Source: Candidatus Pacearchaeota archaeon
GTDB taxonomy: Archaea; Nanobdellota; Nanobdellia; Pacearchaeales; GW2011-AR1
NCBI GenBank assembly: GCA_040879805.1
Contig: JBBDJP010000001.1
Span: 66,173 to 130,172 of the forward strand
DNA length: 64,000 bases
Reading direction: 5' to 3'
Shown here in pieces: positions 59,201 through 64,000 of the stretch. Numbering within the stretch: the first letter of the stretch is position 1; the number at the start of each line of letters is the position of its first letter. The position numbers were made by a program, and so were the translations under genes. A model generated the notes under the pieces. It did no database searches. It saw only the letters and a program-made list of their open reading frames with translations, and was not told where the DNA came from.

Positions 59201-62200
59201 ACATGAAATCTTGACATTGAATTTCAGGGATTCCTACTGAGGGTTCACCTACAGATATGGTTCTTCCAAAAAGACTAATCTCTCTCAATCCAGACTCATG
59301 CCTTCTTGAAGCCTCTGCAATTGCCTCAACAGCTCTACTAGCTAATTGAGAAGCTTCATTCTCACTTAAACCAGGAAATTGGTTATAAGGTTGATTTGTG
59401 GAAGGATTCAGTCCAACACAGTCATCATCACCAACTCCTAAGAAAAACTCTTCTCTCCCATTACTACCAACATTACAAAGGTAGAAACTAGAGACTCTTC
59501 CGGAATCATCATATGCCTTCAAAGAACCTCCTATTGGAAGATTAGATTTCATAGCAGCATACCATCCATCTCCAAGTCCTGAAGGTGCAGGAAAAGGAAC
59601 AATTGCAGGCAAACCTGCATATTGGCCCGACTCATAATATCTCAATTCACAATTTGGACATTCATTTTCATAATAATTTCTATCTCGGAACTCAAACATA
59701 AATCTCTCTTGAATTTCACTCTTAATTTCCCCTTCCTCAATTTTATTACCTGACGTATGATAAACCTCTAAAACTCTATACCTGCCTCTTCCAGTATCTT
59801 CTAATTGAACAATGTATTCTTCACCCCCATACACAAGAGTTTGAGCTGGAACTCCTGAAGGAATATCTACTAATTTTCCTGCTGTCTTACCTCCTCCATA
59901 AACATCTATGATAGATTCTCCTCTTGTGTGAACACTAACATCAAGTCCTTTTAACGCTTCAGAAAGATTATTTTTAAGATTGGTCTCTACTTCAGACTTT
60001 TTTGTGTTTAAATGAATATCTGTAAGATAAGATTTAATCTCACTTTCCGCAACAGACCTAATAACAGGATCATCAGAATTCAAAAGTCGTGCATTCAATT
60101 GCAAGTCTCTTGCTTGAGAAACATAAGTAGTCTCTGAATTTATGCCTTGAATTATTTCTTGTGCTTCCACGATATTTCCATTCACATCTATCTCAAAATT
60201 TTCAAGATTTTGATTCAACTCATTTCGATAAGACTCACTAGTAAGTCTCTTTAAAAATTCTTCATCATTTACTATGTCTTCACCAAGGAAACGGGAGGTA
60301 GTGATCCCTTCCCTAAGATTTTTCATCTCCTTATTATGTTCTTCAATTATATTTGAAACTTCTTTTACAGAATCTTCTATATTCTTATTATTCTCAAGGA
60401 AACAAGAATCAAGGTTTCTATATTCTCCAGAATTTACCATCCCCTCACATCTTTCTGTCCATCCGCCATCTCCACGCATAATCTTTTGCCTAGCAATTCC
60501 TTCTCCATGTAAATTTGAAATAAAACTTTTCAAAACAAGTCCTGCACCAACACCTAAACAAGCCTTGTTTCCGATATCCACTGTTGTCTTAAGCCCTTCA
60601 TTGATCCTTCTCCAGGTTTCGAGAGTCTCCTCTAAAGAGTTTATTCTCTCTTCAGTTTTTTCTGGAGAAAGCATGAGAAAATCATTTCTTTTTTCAATCC
60701 CAATCCTAAATGGAAATTCTGCTTGAGTTTCTTGATAATCTACATTCGGAATAATTGAAACACGTGCAACTTTTCTCAAATTAATATTATCAACAGAAAT
60801 TCTATAATTATTTTCTCCTACAACTTCAAAAGAATTTAGATTTATCCTTTGAGTGTTTCCAATAGTCGTGACTTGACTTCCTCTATCTATTCCTCTTATA
60901 TTAAAAATAGCATTATTATCATTTAATTCTTGTAGACTAATAAATTCAGACTCTGAAAGATAAATTGTCTGATCTTTTCTTATTCCTGTTTTTCTTCCAC
61001 TGTAATTTCCTGCATTGCTAACAGTTATATCTACACTATAATCTTCTAGTGAAGGCTCACTAATTCTGTCTAAAGATATACTATATGTTTTTCCTTTAAT
61101 TAAGACTGTCTGGGCAGATGTTGTTTGACTTGAAAGTTTTTCTTGTTGACTACAAATATCAGGCATTCCTCTTCCTGAGTTAGGATATGCATCTTCAAAT
61201 TCTTCGCACAATTCAACAACAGTTCTCATTTGACTTGCAGCAGAATGAATCTCTATTAAATTCCTCAATGCACTTTCACCAAAAACAGGTTCTGTTCCAG
61301 AGGGATAACTTTCACCAGAAAAACTTTGTAAAACATCTTCATAATCTCTTACTGCATTTTCATAATCTCTTCTGTGCTCTTCACTTAAACCCGAAAGCCC
61401 AGAGTCCACAGCATCTGCAAAACCTATGATTTTAAACTTATTTGAGTAAGCATCTTCATTTCCTACGATTTCATTAAACTGGGTAAGAGCTCCGCTTGGA
61501 GAAGGAAACATTTCAAAACTGCCGTCCGCCTTGACAAGTCCTGCAGGAGCATCTCCAGCTACCATCCAGTTAACAAAACTTCCAACAAATCCAAAACCTA
61601 AAGAAACAATTCTTTCCAAAGAATCTACAATAACATTTCCCGACTCAAATTCAACAACATTCATAATACTGGGTAAGCTCCTATAAACAGCTCTTTGCTT
61701 AAATTCTTCTGAAGTTTTGGCAGTACTCACAACTGGAACAAAAAACAACTCTTCTCCATCATCTTCTCCAATGTAACCTACATAGACATATTTTCCTGTT
61801 TCAGCGCCTTCTGAATCACGCCGAGAATACAATTGATCACCAACTCCTACTATAGATGATTCCCCATCTATTTCTATTTTTATATTTGGGCTAACTCTAA
61901 GATTTAATCTATTACTCCCTTCATCAACATTACAATCAACTTGAACTTCTTCAACAATTCCTTCTTTATTTATGCTTCTAACTTGACAATCATTATTAAG
62001 AAATTTGGCGCCTTCCCTTAAATCAAAAGCATCTCCATTGACTTCAATCGTTGCAGTTGTATCAGGATTTTCAACTCCATCCAGCCTTATTTCCATGGTC
62101 CCAACACAATAATCAAAACCAGGCATTGGAATTTCTCTTGATTTTTCCCCCACTAGGAGGTTTTCAGTTGTAACTTTTCTGTTTGCTGTTCTTGCCTGAG

Positions 62201-62948
62201 AATTTGTTTCTCTGTCAGAATAAATCGAAATTGAAGCACGATCATCACTAACACTTTCTGCCCTCAAATATCCTCTTCCTTGCCAAAACCCGTATCCTTT
62301 AAAATTTCTATCCCATTCTGTATCAGACATTACAGGAAGGTAAAATTGGGACCTTCCAACCCCAAATGCGTTCTGAACATCATATCTAATTCTTGCTGTC
62401 AAATTTCCTTCTACAAAATCAGGCATTTCAGATTCATTCCTTTGTTGTCTTAAAACAATAACAGCGTAACCAAGATTATCCAAAACTGGAGGATTATCTA
62501 GACCAATCTGCCCTCCAAATCTATTAAGGGCCGCTCTAGCAGAATGAAATCCAACTCCTGAAACTTCTCTAGGAAAATCTCCTGAAAAAGTAATTCTATC
62601 TATAGATCCTATATCAATTAAGGGATTTATTTGCGTACCAACAACAGGGCAAATGACTGGAACATTCTGATTCTCTAGAAGGTCGCTCCTAACTACTGAT
62701 GGTGAACATCCAATAGGAGAAATCTGAAGAATAAAATCTTGTCCTTCATGACACATCTGCCTGCTAAATGAAGGAGAAAATAGGGCATCATTTACAATAT
62801 TAGATTGTGAATTCTGGACGTAATTCCTTGAATAAGACGAAGACAGAAACTGTGCAGAAACAAAAAATGTGAGTAATATTAAAGACATGAAAACAAACCC
62901 AACTAAGAAAATCTTTTTCACACTTATATTTTTATTTTTGTATTTCAT
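56220..62948 (-). CDS. Giant (2242-aa) secreted/cell-surface protein with a C-terminal lytic transglycosylase (SLT, lysozyme-like) domain and a central Cys-rich region.
   Basis: N-terminal signal/TM (FLVGFVFMSLILLTFFVSAQF). C-terminal IIQESYADPGAVESAGGSYGLMQV...AYNWG matches the family-1 lytic transglycosylase motif (ES...AGAxGLMQ...AYNxG). Long G/S/N/D/E-rich, K-poor body. Several Cys clusters. Confidence 0.6.
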   Translation of the reverse strand: MKYKNKNISVKKIFLVGFVFMSLILLTFFVSAQFLSSSYSRNYVQNSQSNIVNDALFSPSFSRQMCHEGQDFILQISPIGCSPSVVRSDLLENQNVPVICPVVGTQINPLIDIGSIDRITFSGDFPREVSGVGFHSARAALNRFGGQIGLDNPPVLDNLGYAVIVLRQQRNESEMPDFVEGNLTARIRYDVQNAFGVGRSQFYLPVMSDTEWDRNFKGYGFWQGRGYLRAESVSDDRASISIYSDRETNSQARTANRKVTTENLLVGEKSREIPMPGFDYCVGTMEIRLDGVENPDTTATIEVNGDAFDLREGAKFLNNDCQVRSINKEGIVEEVQVDCNVDEGSNRLNLRVSPNIKIEIDGESSIVGVGDQLYSRRDSEGAETGKYVYVGYIGEDDGEELFFVPVVSTAKTSEEFKQRAVYRSLPSIMNVVEFESGNVIVDSLERIVSLGFGFVGSFVNWMVAGDAPAGLVKADGSFEMFPSPSGALTQFNEIVGNEDAYSNKFKIIGFADAVDSGLSGLSEEHRRDYENAVRDYEDVLQSFSGESYPSGTEPVFGESALRNLIEIHSAASQMRTVVELCEEFEDAYPNSGRGMPDICSQQEKLSSQTTSAQTVLIKGKTYSISLDRISEPSLEDYSVDITVSNAGNYSGRKTGIRKDQTIYLSESEFISLQELNDNNAIFNIRGIDRGSQVTTIGNTQRINLNSFEVVGENNYRISVDNINLRKVARVSIIPNVDYQETQAEFPFRIGIEKRNDFLMLSPEKTEERINSLEETLETWRRINEGLKTTVDIGNKACLGVGAGLVLKSFISNLHGEGIARQKIMRGDGGWTERCEGMVNSGEYRNLDSCFLENNKNIEDSVKEVSNIIEEHNKEMKNLREGITTSRFLGEDIVNDEEFLKRLTSESYRNELNQNLENFEIDVNGNIVEAQEIIQGINSETTYVSQARDLQLNARLLNSDDPVIRSVAESEIKSYLTDIHLNTKKSEVETNLKNNLSEALKGLDVSVHTRGESIIDVYGGGKTAGKLVDIPSGVPAQTLVYGGEEYIVQLEDTGRGRYRVLEVYHTSGNKIEEGEIKSEIQERFMFEFRDRNYYENECPNCELRYYESGQYAGLPAIVPFPAPSGLGDGWYAAMKSNLPIGGSLKAYDDSGRVSSFYLCNVGSNGREEFFLGVGDDDCVGLNPSTNQPYNQFPGLSENEASQLASRAVEAIAEASRRHESGLREISLFGRTISVGEPSVGIPEIQCQDFMSARDCNLMFNICDPFVCPSSRCDLGGKYPVSDVVQSGIAGSLALCAPNFPEVKIPICVSGVYAASQGYANILEDYQSCLEHSLETGQQIGICDQLHSIYMCDFVWRQGLPLANAVIPSVLGEILGQKPTRGGGEYLNARQAWQNAADSAEFFIQEYAVNSADAFQARSIEGVGTEICRNWVSIAGPDGGSLLDSLTSPRVPPQFHGRFDEMEFSTATVPPTSQYKVFFNIYAGEDIPAYYQVYLRSTGGAFFQDTSSRRIVASGFVPVGETANCGDNPNQPCTFTAPSGFNEMCIVVNNQEECGFGRVSTDFAVNYLNDEYIADQVSNTDINSESECVSGTPNLRSFLNPSLQSGAENFIDPGLQNRGIIRICSTDDPGSSTDSRAGTENARWVRVGHCGNSQIGCWLDTESSRDIIRHTGIEDQVVGDVIEDYLEILRNETDSLSASEFRELAREINQRERQNENPLERIEIINKNIERVFLSYEKGFLILSRGNAYKDLVKGVLQSLREQQIEEGEDDEEDVLDFRDNFSGPASRNELQNIERDYPIFEFRDRRITGENIYYTFIENGWYWSMEGDLPEEGGEWFNVGIFESDFENTDRSLPNFSEESFYQEIDINFETIDSDATFVATMPDGTPLPSENMNLENKYWTSLLLEVGYLEGLELLIYRAWLNEENYIFLDSELSTEKVTLKKIGEKGQNFIPVEFTVLGDGFSLGSLINIGETNLYFRFSSQEGWQWSPDRNNWMRTDTIEVNSGKFEGREPTDINSELIQNLENIDDFLEGAAIIFSLDTEKGFPRGNFISREDNNISGGPILPEPNQVESRMNDPDLFDNLGTYEGLIREVSQEYGIEENLIKAIIIQESYADPGAVESAGGSYGLMQVTKVATTDVKARYDNSSLIILSVNINDFERDILKPRKNIYVGTIYFDMLQEYYLGRGNSFEDSKKISLAAYNWGRGNIQNACELEEWKRCENIPSSVLQYVSNIVAYEEELN
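56223..56700 (-). other. SLT (lytic transglycosylase) catalytic domain within the giant protein (C-terminal ~150 aa).
   Basis: Catalytic Glu in QESYADP. Glycine-rich substrate-binding AGGSYGLMQV. AYNWGRGN motif. Confidence 0.6.
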
Positions 62949-62949
62949 T

Positions 62950-64000
62950 TTATCTAAAATTTATTTTAAGTTCGCTTGTTTCGACAAGGATATTATTTAT
63001 CTGAACTTCTTCAAGACTCGAAGGAATTGAAAAACTTTCTGCATCTATTTCAATTATTCCTCTTAAAAGTTCACTTTCCAATATAAAATAATCTTGTTGG
63101 CCTCCTCCAGATATGGCCTGAGTTATTGACTGTTCAGGAACTTCTATTTCAAAACACTTTTCTTCTTGTAGTCCAATAATTCCTAATAATCCTGGCCTTA
63201 GAATGGTTGTACATTGTTCTGCCACAGTTTCGGAGAAGAAAATCTCAGAATCTTCATAGACATAAACTTGAATATCATATTGACCTTCTGCCAATGAAAC
63301 TGTATCTTGATCAGGATAAACAACTGATCTTGAAATATCTTCCGAAGTGAAGTGGATTATCGCATTCCCATTATAAACTTCCCCATCAAGCGAAAGAATT
63401 ATTGGAATTTCATAAGTTTTATCCATAACAATTGTCAAACTACCTTGAGAAACTGTAGAAAATAATACACTTTCTTCTTTGAACCCTTCTGCACGCGCAG
63501 TAATAAATCCATTAGCACATTGAGGAAAACTATCTAAAAGAACTCCTGATTCTGTGGTTCCAATATTACACCTTTCGCCAAAACACTCTGAAGAAATAAA
63601 AGCATCAATAGGATTTCCATCTCTGTCTCTTACATTGACCTCAACTTGGGAATTTTTATATTGGCAAATTTCAGGTGATGTCTGAGAAAATGCACTCGCA
63701 TCAAGAGATTCTCTGGGATTATTTTTTTCAATGACTATTGCAAGAGGAAATTGAAAAAATTCTTCTCCTTCATATACTTGCACAAGAACAGGATACTTCA
63801 TGGAATAGACAAAATGGTAAGGAGTATAACAAAAACCCAACACTCCTAGACCTGGTTGATTTCCAAGAGGGTTTGCTATCATAAAATTCCCTTCTGAAGG
63901 AGTTACTTCAAAGCTATGTGGCCAATCTTTAGAATTAAGAAACCTTACTTCTTCACGTCCTGAAAAATCAACAATAAAATAATCATGAACACTTTGTTCA
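62950..64000 (-). CDS. Secreted or extracellular hypothetical protein, 5'-truncated by the window edge. Immediately upstream of, and co-oriented with, the giant SLT gene.
   Basis: The reading frame stays open from 63882 to the window end at 64000, so the true start is beyond the window. Its stop abuts the giant gene ATG (1-nt spacer). Cys-containing, K-poor composition like the giant protein. Confidence 0.4.
   Translation of the reverse strand, partial: EQSVHDYFIVDFSGREEVRFLNSKDWPHSFEVTPSEGNFMIANPLGNQPGLGVLGFCYTPYHFVYSMKYPVLVQVYEGEEFFQFPLAIVIEKNNPRESLDASAFSQTSPEICQYKNSQVEVNVRDRDGNPIDAFISSECFGERCNIGTTESGVLLDSFPQCANGFITARAEGFKEESVLFSTVSQGSLTIVMDKTYEIPIILSLDGEVYNGNAIIHFTSEDISRSVVYPDQDTVSLAEGQYDIQVYVYEDSEIFFSETVAEQCTTILRPGLLGIIGLQEEKCFEIEVPEQSITQAISGGGQQDYFILESELLRGIIEIDAESFSIPSSLEEVQINNILVETSELKINFR

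Noticed and set aside
57000-62000. Many short plus-strand ORFs within the giant-gene region (for example 60274-60726 and 61187-61429).
   Set aside because: They lie antisense to a long uninterrupted 6.7-kb reading frame with a recognisable domain at its end, so they are spurious.

Overview
The window is AT-rich (roughly 30% GC by eye) and densely coding. Its hallmark genes are archaeal: MCM helicase, TBP, TFB, TFE-alpha, aIF-1A, aIF-2 beta, ribosomal proteins L15e, S8e and S17e, an Sm protein, tRNA-splicing endonuclease, deoxyhypusine synthase, an ATP-dependent DNA ligase and GatD/E. Mixed in are small lysine-rich proteins and several bacterial-type genes (MnmA, an SLT-domain protein, a DisA-like cyclase). 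This looks like a reduced DPANN-type archaeon. No rRNA, CRISPR array, transposase or integrase was seen.

Main content:
- Aminoacyl-tRNA synthetases: MetRS (apparently split from its tRNA-binding domain), AspRS, ProRS, GlyRS and a compact AlaRS.
- Both tRNA-dependent amidotransferase systems: GatB is stand-alone, and a gatE-aspS-gatC-X-gatA operon sits near gatD.
- A replication cluster (MCM, an RPA-like OB-fold protein, DNA ligase) and a division gene (FtsZ).
- Eight tRNA genes, all intron-less, with RNase Z beside two of them.
- A c-di-AMP synthesis/degradation gene pair (DisA-type cyclase plus DHH-DHHA1 phosphoesterase).
- A Fic AMPylase plus an Hjc-like nuclease wedged between gatE and gatD.
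- Several secreted or surface proteins.

The most unusual locus is at the 3' end of the window: a 2242-aa secreted, Cys-rich giant protein ending in a lytic-transglycosylase (SLT) domain. It is co-transcribed with at least one more large gene that runs off the window edge, and its GC content and amino-acid composition differ from the rest of the window. A peptidoglycan-cleaving giant surface protein in an archaeon with no wall-synthesis genes in view suggests an episymbiont host-attack or attachment system.

Other oddities:
- a GC-rich 50-aa poly-Asp/Glu mini-ORF flanked by direct repeats;
- an H1-like lysine-rich 68-aa protein and a TFE with an H1-like tail;
- a methyltransferase interrupted by a single in-frame TAA;
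- duplication of the GlyRS 3' end;
- a 455-bp ORF-free spacer containing inverted repeats.
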